Translations under genes and position numbers: made by a program
Origin: Antedon mediterranea
Taxonomy: Eukaryota > Animalia > Echinodermata
DNA: 64,000 nucleotides
Assembly: GCF_964355755.1 (NCBI RefSeq)
Contig: NC_092673.1
Coordinates: 22,193,648 to 22,257,647, forward strand
Direction: 5' to 3'
In this document: positions 1 through 12,179 of the stretch, one piece after another
How the letters are laid out: each line of letters opens with the position of its first letter
Numbering within the stretch: position 1 is the stretch's first letter
The notes under the pieces: model-generated
Database searches by the model: none
Told to the model about the DNA's origin: nothing
The model's input: the letters and a program-made list of their open reading frames with translations, nothing else

Positions 1-53
1 TAAATTTCAGTATATCACCGGGCGGTTTAGAATTAATGTTCATTGCCTGATGT

Positions 54-56
<3 letters not shown>

Positions 57-116
<60 letters not shown>
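57..116. repeat. (TA)n microsatellite
   Basis: About 30 perfect TA units. Shorter (TA)n runs at ~310-322, ~1232-1247 and ~1424-1440 bound the Penelope-like segments. Confidence 0.95.
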
Positions 117-119
<3 letters not shown>

Positions 120-141
120 CGTTATCCAAATTCCTTCACTT

Positions 142-178
142 GCACTGATGAAGGGCTAGTGTTGCCCGAAAGCTCTGC
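142..178 (+). ncRNA. Minimal type I hammerhead ribozyme, copy 1
   Basis: GCA-CUGAUGA-A-GGGC(UAGUGUU)GCCC-GAAA-GC-UC-UGC: both conserved core boxes, a 4-bp stem II, a palindromic AGCU stem III and a GCA/UGC stem I. Confidence 0.85.
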
Positions 179-533
179 TAACTTTTCTGGCTGTTTACTT
201 TATCGTTTTGATTTAGCTTTTCGCTTTTTATTTTTGTATCTCCATTGAGATCCAGCCACTGATACCCACAGCATTGTCATTTTTTTCAGTAATTTGCCTT
301 TGGATTTACATATATATATATATCAACCTGTAGCCGAACATTTTAATTCAGCTGGTCACTCGATTGCAAATTTCAGAGTTATTGCAATAGACCACGATGT
401 CAAATGGAGCGACAAAACTCGCAAAGACAAAGAAAACCACTGGGAATTACTACTTAAAACCACAAAACCTTTTGGACTTAACATTAGGAACATACTCCCA
501 GATCGGTAAAATTATTCCATTGACTACCAAAAT

Positions 534-856
534 AAGTGGAGCACTGTGGCGCAGTGGTTAGAGCATTGGACTTGCAATCAAGAGGTTGTCGGTTCAAGCC
601 CCGGCTCGGTCACTGCAGTGTTGAGTCCTTGAGCAAGATTCTTTATCCACATTGTTCCTCCCCACCCAGGTGATAGAAATGGGTACCGGTATGTAAAAAG
701 TACTGGGAAGGTAAATCAGACTCGTTTGTGCGGGAGGAGTGGCGTACCCCCCACAAACATACACACTTAGTGGAGTCTGGCCCAAACGCTAAGGAAATGG
801 AGATGGGCACCACGGCCGTTAGCATTAGCTTAGGTTTCGACTTTACCTTTTTTTTT
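534..856 (+). mobile_element. tRNA-derived SINE inserted into the Penelope-like element
   Basis: A box TGGCGCAGTGG and B box GGTTCAAGCC, then a CCTTGAGCAAG...CCACCCAGGTG...AATGGGTACC central domain and a CTTTAC/T-rich tail. Flanked by TACCAAAAT at 525-533 and 857-865 (candidate TSD). Confidence 0.85.
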
Positions 857-1067
857 TACCAAAATTTAAGTTTCAATATTAACCACCATTTTAGCTGTTT
901 TTTAGTCTCATTCCAAAATTGTTTATATCTCTACCAAGCTACCTTCTTTGTTTTCTACTCTTATTCAGACTCCACCCTGGCTCCCTTTGTCATATTTCTT
1001 TTATTCCTGTCCACCCAGGCAGCACTTGCCAGCTTTATACTATGACGTTATCCAAATTCCTTCACTT

Positions 1068-1104
1068 GCACTGATGAAGGGCTAGTGTTGCCCGAAAACT
1101 CTGC
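1068..1104 (+). ncRNA. Minimal hammerhead ribozyme, copy 2 (stem III palindrome mutated)
   Basis: Same as copy 1 but GAAAACUC instead of GAAAGCUC. Confidence 0.7.
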
Positions 1105-1322
1105 TAACTTTTCTGGCTGTTTACTTTATCGTTTTGATTTAGCTTTTCGCTTTTTATTTTTGTATCTCCATTGAGATCCAGCCACTGATACCCACAGCAT
1201 TGTCATTTTTTCAGTAATTTGCCTTTGGATTTATATATATATATATATTGTTTTATGTTTGTTTTACAAAAAAAAGCGAAAAGCTAAATCAAAACGATAA
1301 AGTAAAACAGCCAGAAAAGTTA

Positions 1323-1359
1323 GCAGAGCTTTCGGGCAACACTAACCCTTCATCAGTGC
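1323..1359 (-). ncRNA. Minimal hammerhead ribozyme, copy 3 (inverted)
   Basis: Reverse complement reads GCACUGAUGAAGGGUUAGUGUUGCCCGAAAGCUCUGC. A C>U change in stem II leaves a U-G wobble pair. Confidence 0.8.
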
Positions 1360-1565
1360 AAGTGAAGGAATTTGGATAACGTCATAGCATAAGAACTGGC
1401 AAGTGCTGCCTGGGTGGACAGGAATATATATATATATATATTTATATTCAGATTCATTCATATTCATGTATTACACGGCTGCGGTGAATTTATTACATTG
1501 TAATAGTAAGCCTCACAATAATGCGTACAGTAGTCATATAAATACTGTATTTTTGTCATTAATAG

Positions 1566-4500
1566 ATGGTATGCCTCTAGGCTTGTGTACATGCTTTAGT
1601 GATGGCCTGTCTGCTGCTGTGTGGCAGGATGTAATGTTGCAAGACTGTGGTCGAGATGCTACATCTGATGAACTTTTAGAAAGATTAAATATGGTAAGTA
1701 CGTAAGAACAAGAATATTGAAATCACTGAAATACATGAGATCTAATTAGAATGAACTTACTATTTAATTATTTGTTAAAATTATTATTTGCTTACTTAGT
1801 TCAATATGTTAGCAGGGATTCACTCTTCCCTAATTTTGATATATTTTGTAATTTAATTTAGATCACAGTTACTGAAGAAAATGTAGAGGAAGTAATTACA
1901 GCTGTTAACAACATTACAGCAACTGGATCAGATAGCATAACACCAGATGGTTTAGAAGCAACTGCAGAGATTATTGAAAGTGTTACTTCTGTAAATTCAA
2001 CATCCACTGAAGTTAGTTTATCCATTTATTATTTTAAGATAATAACTTAATTTACAGTAGGTGCGTAACATTTATTCCTGAAAAAATGTCAATCCAGTAG
2101 TAGTTTAACATATTAGCTAGATTTTTTCATGTGTTATTACGTCTCTATATTCTCATGCAGGTGACATCAACTCTAGTTGACACTATTTCTAGTCTTTTTG
2201 AAGTGGATGATATGGTTCTCTTGGAGAGTCAGAAGGAAACACAAGCTCCTAGTAGAATTATTGAATCTCTTGAAGATCAATTAGCAGTTGTTGATCTTGA
2301 ACATGATAAATATGAATTCGTAACCAGCAGTGTAGCAGTGCAAGCTCAGAATGTTACAACAAATGAACTTGGTCACACTGGTATTGGAATCGCATCTTAC
2401 CAATCGGCAGATGTAATAGTGAATGTGACAGGATTTAGTGAGAAGGAAGATCTGGATAATGCCGCATCCGTCAGTATCTACATTCCTCCAACAATTACTA
2501 AAATGTTTGCAGCCTCCAATGGTAAGTTGTCAAATGAAAATGATTTCGAAATACAACTGGATCAGGATCATCATTAAAATACTCCTTATCCAATGTATGA
2601 GACGTATACAGAAGCATGACATACTGTATATTTCCAAATGTTTCAAATCTTAAAATTTACACCAGAACAATATTAAAAAAATAAAATAACAAAATACTGC
2701 ATGTTTAGAAATAATGTGTTCAGCAGAAAACTCTTTCCTTAATGATTATTTAAATTTTGTGTTTTTTTAAACAGGAACAGCTGCTTTCCGTGTGGTTACA
2801 GTTGTATATAATGAAAGTTCACTGTTTCCAACAAACCAGTCAAATAATGCAACAAGAACTAATGGTCAGGTCATTTCACTGTCAATACCTGGAGTCAAAT
2901 TGAACAATTTATCCGATCCAATTGTTACAACGTTTATACCTGCTGAGGTAATTAGAAATTTCAACATTAGGTTTTATTAGGCCTATTATAAGTGAACGAT
3001 AGTAGGCCTACATATCTGCCGTTGGGACTACACGTTTAAGAGCTTAGTGGTACGCATTTTTCAATTATAAGGGAAGAACACATTGCCGTAGTTGATTGTC
3101 CTCTATACAGTAACGATGCTCTATTTTCTTGAAAGTTGAGATAATATGCCTACAATTCTGCAAACTTGTGACGAGGCTATCTTTATTTTACCACTATTAA
3201 AAAAAAAATAATGTTTGATAAAATACCACATGTCATTCTGCATGATTACTTGACCAAGGATTATTTATTTTCATTTAGATCTCCAAAAATAATAACGAGA
3301 CAACCTGTGTGTTGTGGGATTTTGAACTTGATGATGGTAGAGGTGGCTGGTCAAGTGCTGGATGTTACTTAGCTAATGGATCGTTGGATGGCAGTGACAG
3401 ACAAATTTGTCATTGTGACCATTTAACAAATTTTGCAATTCTTATGGTAAGTTATGAACGTTCTAAAGCAACGATAATTTTAATTGTTTAACTAATATTA
3501 ATAGCATTATAATAAATCATTTCAATAGTTATTACAACGTCAGCCCAGTCGTGATTAAATGTTCCTGCCTGGTTTACAATTTCTAATAAAATGACTTATT
3601 ATTATCACTGTTTTCCCAGTTCCCAGCACCATACTTATCAGAGAATATTTTATACAATATGTCGGGCTTGTAAATCCCATAAAAACCAGTCAAAAAACAT
3701 ATGAATGCCAGCTAGCATGGGTACTGCGTTATGAATTGTGAAATGAATATTATTTTTCTATTTTTATAATTTCTAGAATTTTTATCCAGATCAAGAAGAA
3801 CCAAAAATAGCAAAGTACATCACAAATATTGGTCTTGGTGTTTCAATCGTTTGTTTACTTGCAACTATAGTTTCGTTTGCAGTCAACAGGTATGAATAAA
3901 TTTATCATCATTTATTATTATAAAGTTGGAGTTTACTGGCTGGAAATTCAAGTATGACGTTTGGCAAAAACTCTTGATTTGAAAGGAAAAGTTATAATGA
4001 TAATATGAATGTAATTGGTAGGTAAATAAGTTCGGATGTTTGCTCTTGTTACCCGAGTGAAAGTGTGTGTGAAATAGCTAAACAAAATCCAGTCTTCATC
4101 ACATAGGGCAGAGCATAGTCTGGGCTCCAGACGGAGTTTTTTCTTAATATTAGTAAAAATAAAAATATTTTTGCACATATGGCGTTTCATACGTGTATTA
4201 CTTGAGTTTGGATACTCTGTATTTGTGTACAGCCACATCAAAACCAGGCGCTTGTCGCTAGATAGGGATTTGTGTAAAATGCATTTGAATGTGTGAAACT
4301 CATATTTTGACCATTTTGTTTTTTTACCATTATCTGATAGGAAATTTACCGTAGATTTCAAAAATATATATCTTATTAACTAATTCAAATGGAAAGGTGG
4401 TAAAAATTACATAAATCTGAGCCTCTATCCTCGTGTTTCGATTGAAAGAACGTGGTAATTCGTTATATAAAAGCAGTTATTTTCGTCATTCCTACGCCGT

Positions 4501-7500
4501 AATTTTGTAGATAACCCCTGAAAGCTTGGTATCATTCGATAGGTATTTTGTTCATGAATCTAAAAATAAATGAGTGATGTCACAGATTGTACGATATAGA
4601 CCAATAAAAACCGATTTTATAGAACCCTTTAGTGTAAACAAAAACGGCCTTGTTGCTACGAACACGCTGAAAGAAGCGATGTGATTGGTTTAATTTTGTC
4701 ACATGACCCATCCAGCATGGAAAATTCCAGGTCAACAAAATCTTATCGCTAGTACACGCTTCTTGTCGAGAAAAATATATTTTTTATAGTTCATCTAAGT
4801 ACTGTACACAGTAATACTAAAGTGACGTGTACTGACTCAGACTTGATAACAATAAGTTATAACATACTAAAGTAAAGGGCCTAGCTAAGTTATTTATCGT
4901 AAGAGTTGATATTAGCAATGTAACTCTCAATCCACTGGCACTAGGCCTAGGCCTAGCTAGGTACAGTAGGCTAGACCTGGCTCTACTAGCCTAGGCCTAG
5001 TACTATAAGCCTAGACTAGGCGGAGATCCGCCTAGGCCTACTACTACGCTGGGCTACTAGCCTAGATAGGCTGCATGGCATAGTAGGCCTAGCTAGCTAG
5101 TAATAATAATAGTAATAACAACAACAAGGCCTAGCCCAATTAAAATAAGATAGAGTTTTCCTCTCTATAGTATATAATAAGCCTCCTGGAAGGCTTTACT
5201 TTACTTACTAGGCCTACTGCTGGGCTATTTTATTTATTTCAATTTGGTTAAATTTCATTATGCTTAAAAATTGCCAATGCTGGGTTGGGTGTGTGGGGAG
5301 TGTGTGCAAAACATAAACCGTAAAAACCAGTACAATACAAATCCCTCACAAATAAAATACTGGTACCTTGGCTAAATTTCACGTTATTCATCATGCTTAA
5401 AAACATTGTTCAAGCTAACAGGTGTGTCTATCTGTCATGATCAGACCAGGTGCTGGTTCAACAATAGACGTATTACATAACATTAACAACAGTAAAATCC
5501 AGTACAATACAAATCCCTCACAAATAAAATACTGGTACCTTGGCTAAATTTCACGTTATTCATCATGCTTAAAAACATTGTTCAAGCTAACGGGTGTGGC
5601 TATCTGTTATGGTGCTGGTTCAACAATAGAATACATAACATTTTTTGAAGGTTTGCATGGCGAAATCAAATGTTGATATAAAGTTTGCGGTACACCACGT
5701 ATATTAAGTCTGAAAAGAACTGTTGAGTTTCTCTTACATACATAACATTAACACTAAAAACCAGTACAATACAAATCACTCACAAATAAAATACTGGTAA
5801 TTGAATTTTGCCGACCAGAAACGAGGGACATTGTGTGCCCTGCGCCATTTTGAACAAAAGGCAGATAAAATAAAGTAAAAAGAGAAATAAAATTGAATAA
5901 AGTTCATTAATAAAATGTTTGCTGTTTTTTAAAAATTTGTTTAGAACTAATAATAAGCTAAGGCAATCTTCCTGAATACCTACTAGTAGGCCTACTGTAT
6001 TATTCTTACACTACACTATTATAAATGAATTTGACAGATTTTACGTAAATTAGTGGTACTTTGTAATCGTCATAATTAACTATGATAACCACCTCGGATT
6101 TTGATGAAATTTTCATGAATATCAGAAAACACTATATTGAATAAGTGTGCCAAATTTCAGAATGATTGTTTATCTAGAAGGTAGTGTTGCTAAGGTGTTA
6201 AATGTTCAATCTGTAACAGCATGGGGCAACTTCCTGTCTGATTTGTCATTAAACTTTGACTGTTAATTACTCAGTAATTACAAATAAATTGTTGTATAAA
6301 TGCTATATACATTTATTGCCATAACTCTGGGAATATTTGCTTGATTTAAATGATCCAAACACCATTTTGAAGGATATATTGTGAGGAATACCATTATAGT
6401 ATCAACTAAAAAAATATATATTTCACCAAGTGCCTGGTTTTGATGTGGCTGTACACATTTTCAGACAAAAATCGCGGTCGAAATAAAAACAAATAAATAA
6501 AAAAAAAAAGATAATACAGACTTGGGGCAAGTCTAGGCAGAGCATGATGACTTGCCAAAACAATTTTTGAAAAATAGTCGTTAATGTGGTCCATTTCTCT
6601 TGGGGTTCCAGTTTCTGGATTTTATAAATTTCAATACCTCTTTTTGATAGGCTTGTTTTTTTGTTTGCAATACTTGGAGCTTGGACACATCTATTCGTTT
6701 TCGTTTCTCACTGCAGATTTTAAGTACGATAGTTTTGTTGCACTGTATTTAATTATTTCCTACTATGTAGAGAACTATTCACATCGTTTCAACATTGTTA
6801 TTTAAATTTGCTATATGTTTGTAGACAATTCGGGTAAAAACCTCAATTTGATGAAAATTATTAATAATATACATTTTCAACCCAGAGTTCACATTTGAGG
6901 TTAAATTACAAATGCTGTTTCATTTAAATTTTCAGAAAGCTACGAAAGAGTAAACCACAGCAGATCTTATGCAACGTGTGTGTATCATTACTCTGCTTGT
7001 ATCTGATCTTTCTCGTTGGGATTGACAGAACAAAGAAAAAGAGCACTTGTACAGCCATCGCTGGTTTGATTCACTACTTTTTGCTGACGTCTATGTTTTG
7101 GATGTTTGTGCAGGCTATTAACCTGTATTATATGATCGTGAAAGTTTATAATACACACGTTTCTAGGTTTTTCTTAAAAGCCTGTCTTTTTGCTTGGGGT
7201 AAGTACAAATACTTCTAAATCCACAATTATTTGCTCATGTAAACTACATAATTAAAAGAAAGTCATTGATGAATTTGTTGTCAAAGCATGTTATCAAATG
7301 CATCTTAATCGCTACTCGCTAGATTCATCATTGATATATTAGGTTTACTTTTAGTAAGTAAGTTATACATTGGGATATACGAGTATCACTATATCTATTC
7401 TGTTCACAGGTATACCAGCTCTGATTGTTCCTATAACTATTGGTATTGATGTTGACAATTACGCAAATAAAGACTAGTAAGTGGTCATTCGATACAATTC

Positions 7501-8693
7501 ATTTATAAAACGTTCTTCTTTATTGGTAATGTTTAATAATGTATCATTTAAAAGTTGTAATATAATATATGTAATAAATAATATTCAATAAAAATTGAGT
7601 ATACAAACTCGCAGTTTCCCAATAATTCGAGTCAACCTCATGCCTTCCGCAATGCTGCAATTTCTTCCAATTCTTTTAGATGTGAAAACATTATGATGTA
7701 CGTTAATTTCCACACATGGCAAACGAAACATTTTGGATCATGTTTTTGTCTCCCTATATTTAAAAATTGTGACCTCTACAGAGAAATGGTTGTATTTTTA
7801 TGAAACAAAGACCCAATTTTATTACTACTAAAATTTGGTTTGACTGATCTAGAATCAAGTTTTAACTTGAATTTGGAATACAGATATGTACAATCCTACA
7901 TAATCCTAGCCTCATACTTGAACACTTTTAGATTCATTATGTTACCAAGGGTACAACTATATTTATAACACATATTGCGTTTCATTTATGGCAAATCTTT
8001 AAATTTCTTATTTTCTTTTCATATTTTAAATGATTGCAAACTGATTTCATATTTTCTTTAAAATAACAAAATTGTTTGTAGGCCTAGGCCTATATTATAT
8101 TTAATATTTTAGTCGTTCATAATATTAGAATAAATCAATTTTAAAATGAGTGCATGTAATTCTTTTTTTACAGCTGTTTCCTTGTTGTAACCCGTATGTA
8201 TTACAGCGTAGCATTACCTATTGCAATCATATTACTCTTTAATACGGTTGTATTTATTATGGTGTTACGCAGCATAAGTAAACTTGGTAAAATAACAGCA
8301 CAAGCTCACAGACAAAAGAAAAACAGGCATTTACTGCAGAATGCAGTGTGCATATCGGTAATTATGGGATTGACATGGGTTATTGGATTCTTTGCAATTG
8401 GTAGTGCCTCGAAGGTGATTCAGATACTCTTCTGTATCCTGAATTGTTTTCAAGGCTTCGCTATCTTCGTTATGTATTGTTTAAGAAGTAAGGATGTTCG
8501 TAGTTTTTGGACTGCAGAGGTGCGTAAACGATTTATCGAGGTGTCTTTAACACTTACAGGAACAAAGAGTACTAGCTCTGTCAATTCCAGTGTAAGTAAC
8601 ACTATTTCTTTTGGTTTGAATTCACCTAAAGAAAAGCAAACACATTTGAGTTTAAAGAGAGATTCAAGTAACAATCAAGAATCTTTTGCTTAA
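1566..8693 (+). CDS. Adhesion G protein-coupled receptor (GAIN/GPS plus secretin-like 7TM, ADGRG-like), 5' end outside the window
   Basis: Exons 1566-1693, 1862-2011, 2161-2521, 2775-2947, 3279-3446, 3777-3889, 6936-7198, 7410-7476, 8174-8693, all GT-AG and phase-consistent. GPS motif CVLWD..GGWSSAGC..CHCDHL|TNFAILM. TM motifs IHYFLLTSMFWM, AWGIP, GLTWVIG and NCFQGFAIF. Confidence 0.95.
4116..6535. mobile_element. Non-autonomous DNA transposon with TAG...CTA ends and a 9-bp TSD (Academ/AcademH-like)
   Basis: TSD GGCAGAGCA at 4107-4115 and 6536-6544. Imperfect TIRs TAGTCTGGGCTCCAGAC and TAGACTTGCCCCAAGTC. A 31-bp subterminal inverted repeat at 4224-4254 and 6427-6457 has one mismatch. No transposase ORF. 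Confidence 0.75.
5322..5800. repeat. Internal ~180-bp tandem duplication (two copies plus a partial third) inside the transposon
   Basis: CCAGTACAATACAAATCCCTCACAAATAAAATACTGGTA... recurs at ~5326, ~5499 and ~5761. Confidence 0.85.
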
Positions 8694-9632
8694 TTTGCGC
8701 ATGTTTCTAATGATTATTGGGACCACCCAATGGCTGCATCCTCAATCGGCCAATCTCTATGATGGTGAAGTTAGTGTATATCTTCTCGATGTTCTGCCCT
8801 CTATAGCCAATCTCTTTGTATACTATAAAGCTTAACATTATTTCAGTTATCCAAGTAAATAAAATCGATTTTAGATACACGCATAATATTGTATCCGAAA
8901 CTCCGATGTAACTACGTTTGCCTTAATGATCATTACCCAGAGGGAATTGTTATTTTGATATTTTATTTATTTATTTCAATAATATTTTACGAGGGTGGTC
9001 CATCCAGCCGAAGCTGATATATATGATCAATATAAAACAAACTGAGTGGATTATTCAAAATGTTTGCTATTTTATATCATCTGTAAGTGAGAACTTAATA
9101 GTTAGAATGTTTTTGAAATAAATAAAAAATAAAAGTAAGTAGATAAAAAACAGGCCATTATGATTGTATATTTTGAAATTTATGTTTATCTTCAAGATGA
9201 ACGAAACAAGTTCGAAATAATATAATGATAATGGTCGCCTCACTTTTTTTTCTAATTTGTTTTATATTACAATTGTGATCATTAGGCCTATTGTAGGCCT
9301 AAATATAGATTGTAAATTGTGAGAGTCTAAAAAAAACCATTAGTGCTTTAGAAATGATTTAAATAATAATTATTCAGGTTTTTGGTATATTTGTTTGAAC
9401 AATCTAATGAAACTAAGTCAATATTTAAAGATCTATTTCAAGATTTGTGGATTACTAAAATTTAAATATTATTATGATATTTTATCTAACAATGTTATAA
9501 TATTTTAGTTAAGTATATATTTATATTTATCAAATGATCATAATGAAATTAATTTGTTAATTGTAATTATATTCAGATTTTAGATACACTGTATCAATAA
9601 TAATCAAAAACAATACTGTATTGTACGTGAAA

Positions 9633-9744
9633 AAGAGACCCCCATGTAACCCCCTTAATTAAGAGACCCCCATGTAACCCCCTTAATTAAGAGACCCCCA
9701 TGTAACCCCCTTAATTAAGAGACCCCCATGTAACCCCCTTAATT
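9633..9744. repeat. 28-bp minisatellite, 4 perfect copies
   Basis: (AAGAGACCCCCATGTAACCCCCTTAATT)x4 with no spacers. Confidence 0.95.
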
Positions 9745-9976
9745 ACATTGTTGCCAGCAGTCAATATAATAAGCGGAATAAGCGTGCGTCTGATACCAGC
9801 TGTTTTGAATGTTTGTCATGTGATAGATTGCAATTTAAGACAAATAAATAATTATGTTATTATGTTAGAAATCACAAATGAACAATATCATATCATTATC
9901 ACAAAAAAAACAAAAACAAAACAATATCATTATTAAACAGTAATATCAAGATTACCCAAGAAATCCTGTGATGAAT

Positions 9977-10531
9977 TGCCATACTTTAATTAGCATACCA
10001 AACGTTTACAGTTAATACAAATAAATATAATAATAATTAATCAATGATAAAATAACATCGGAGGTGGTTTCCCGATTAATCGTACGATCAAAACGGTACT
10101 GGGTATGATCAACTAGTGTTCGTGTTCCCACCTAATCATCCATTCATAGAAGTACTGATGAAGATATCAATCTGTGGCGACAATAGAATGGACCCGAGAC
10201 CTGGCTATCTTCGACTTTTAAATAATAGAAAGTTTTGAAAAATTGTGTTAGGATAGAAATGTACGTAGGTAGGCTAGTTGATGGGAATATGTTTATAGAA
10301 AAATGGTAATAGTCTCTAAATTAATTTTTACAAGTTGCGATGAGAAAACTGTTACTTGATCTGTACATAAAGTGAAACATAAATAAAATAATGAAAAATG
10401 TTAGTAAAAAATTGTTAAGAGTAAAGATATAAGAAAGAAAGGCAAAGATTGCTATACTTTAATTAGCATACCAAACGTTTACAGTTAATACAAATACATA
10501 TAATAATAATTAATCAATGATAAAATAACAT
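9977..10531. repeat. ~80-bp direct repeat flanking a ~390-bp segment
   Basis: TTGC(C/T)ATACTTTAATTAGCATACCAAACG...GATAAAATAACAT at ~9977-10058 and ~10449-10531. Confidence 0.85.
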
Positions 10532-10625
10532 GAACATGATAATGGATATAGCATTATTACACAGTGATAATAAATATTACCAAATGAATGTGATTTATAG
10601 TATAAAGTACATAAAAAAACTGGCT

Positions 10626-10733
10626 GCAGTCGCGCGCTCAAATTTGAGTTAGTGTTTACCGACCGACCGACCAACCGACCGCCCGCCAACCGACCGACAT
10701 AGTGAGCTAGAGTCGCGTTTGCACGTGACTAAT
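10626..10733. mobile_element. Helentron/HINE (DINE-1-like) terminal fragment
   Basis: A (GACC)n/(AACC)n microsatellite followed by the hairpin AGTCGCGT-TTGC-ACGTGACT and an A-rich end. Confidence 0.55.
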
Positions 10734-11835
10734 AATTGAATGCGCAATGAAGCTGTTGTATCTGAAAAGTCTTGTTTTAAATTGATATGTTGTCATCACC
10801 ATTGAAATTATTTATAATTAAAGAACTTAATTCTCTTTTCACGCATACACAAAACAATAATATTATAGGGAAACAAAACAGTAGTGTAACAGCCTTCACT
10901 GCATTGTGTTGTTATATATACCATTTCTTTTAACAAGCACTCCACTTTTTTTTCCACACTTTTGCTTTTTTTGTAGATACATCTTGTTGGTAAATAATGC
11001 AAAATTGTTTAGCATTGCAGGAAAATATAATTGTAGTTAATTTAACATGTGAGTTAAAATACTTCAAAATTATTCCAGGAAATTGATCTTTGCAAGTTTT
11101 TTGTTGAGTCGTTAAAAACGTCTACATTATTGGTTGGTTGGTGACTAGTCAGGGTGAAGGCATAAACTAGGTTACCAAACGTTTGAACACTAATGAAAGA
11201 AAGATTACAGCACTTGCGATGTGCTTAAAGAATGTATTCTCGTGTTTTCTAACGATTTAAATATGTCGATTCATCGTACGAATAAGCTAGACAACATAGC
11301 ATAATTCGGGTTTGTTTATAGAAAATAATGTACTGTTTAATACAGGGATGGATAATGTTGCTGTTTGCGATATTTGTAATAATTGTTAAATCTTGTCATT
11401 TCACAAAGTGAGTATTTTTCTTTTGTCTGTATTTTAGAATCCATACATTTTAGTGTAAAGCAGTCAACAAGGTGTTTATGTATACTGTATATTATTAGAC
11501 CATAGAGGTAGGCCTATTCATTCATTCAATCCCTGGTCCATAGAAAGTATCTAATTCAATTTATCGTTCAATATGTTGTTTAATAATAACTATCACTCTT
11601 TTAGAACTCTAGAACGAATTTTTTACTTGAGAACCGTGCTATTGCTAAGTTTTGTGTAGTCTGCTTGACTGGGAAGCATTATTTTTTTCATATTAGGTGG
11701 CAGAAACTATAGAGGGTGTGCATCCACACACATGAATATTCATGATGTGACGGAATAATAAATATTTATTATATATATAGGGCCTATAATATTATAATAT
11801 ATGATAATTTATTATACAGGAATAGTAGTCTACAT

Positions 11836-12130
11836 TTAAAGATGTATTGTCCCCCAAAAACATGAAAATGAAGATTAATTAAATCAGACTTTGAATAGGT
11901 TATTTTGTAGTTGTAATAAAGTTATTCACGTAGAAAAAAACCCAATTTTTGTTCACTTATAAAACAAACATAAAAAATGGTTAGGGTTCGTACCGCGGCG
12001 CGCCCCACCACCATTCTCGGAATCAACGTTGGTGGCGCTTGTGATTTCTTCTCAATAATAATTCCTGGCTCATCATCAAAACAAAATCATCGGGGAAACA
12101 TGTGAAAATCAAAAAGTTTGCCACGGGAAT
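11836..12130. mobile_element. Partial Kolobok-like MITE, same family as 42685-43212
   Basis: Begins TTAA-AGATGTATTGTCCC, identical to the TIR of the complete copy. Related pieces at ~15835-15990 and ~18455-18475. Confidence 0.6.
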
Positions 12131-12179
12131 GATTTGTTAAGCTTATATTAATTATATATGAATATATTATATATTTACC

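Larger units (their letters stand above)
116..1422 (+). mobile_element. Penelope-like retroelement remnant: pseudo-LTR copies plus GIY-YIG endonuclease C-terminal fragment
   Basis: Near-identical ~190-bp direct repeats at ~116-310 and ~1043-1232, with an inverted copy at ~1268-1422. Between them 322-509 encodes YQPVAEHFNSAGHSIANFRVIAID...RKDKENHWELLLKTTKPFGLN, the typical end of PLE GIY-YIG domains. Each repeat carries a hammerhead core. Confidence 0.88.

Noticed and set aside
540-612. tRNA-like sequence
   Set aside because: It runs into a SINE body and tail with a TSD, and has no proper acceptor stem or terminator, so it is a SINE head.
594-1045. Short ORFs overlapping the SINE and PLE
   Set aside because: They span non-coding repeat sequence and have no protein motifs.
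9633-9744. 28-bp repeats resembling CRISPR repeat length
   Set aside because: Units are directly adjacent with no spacers, the context is eukaryotic, and there are no cas genes.
10155-10190. CTGATGA suggesting a fourth hammerhead
   Set aside because: No stem II closed by GAAA follows it.
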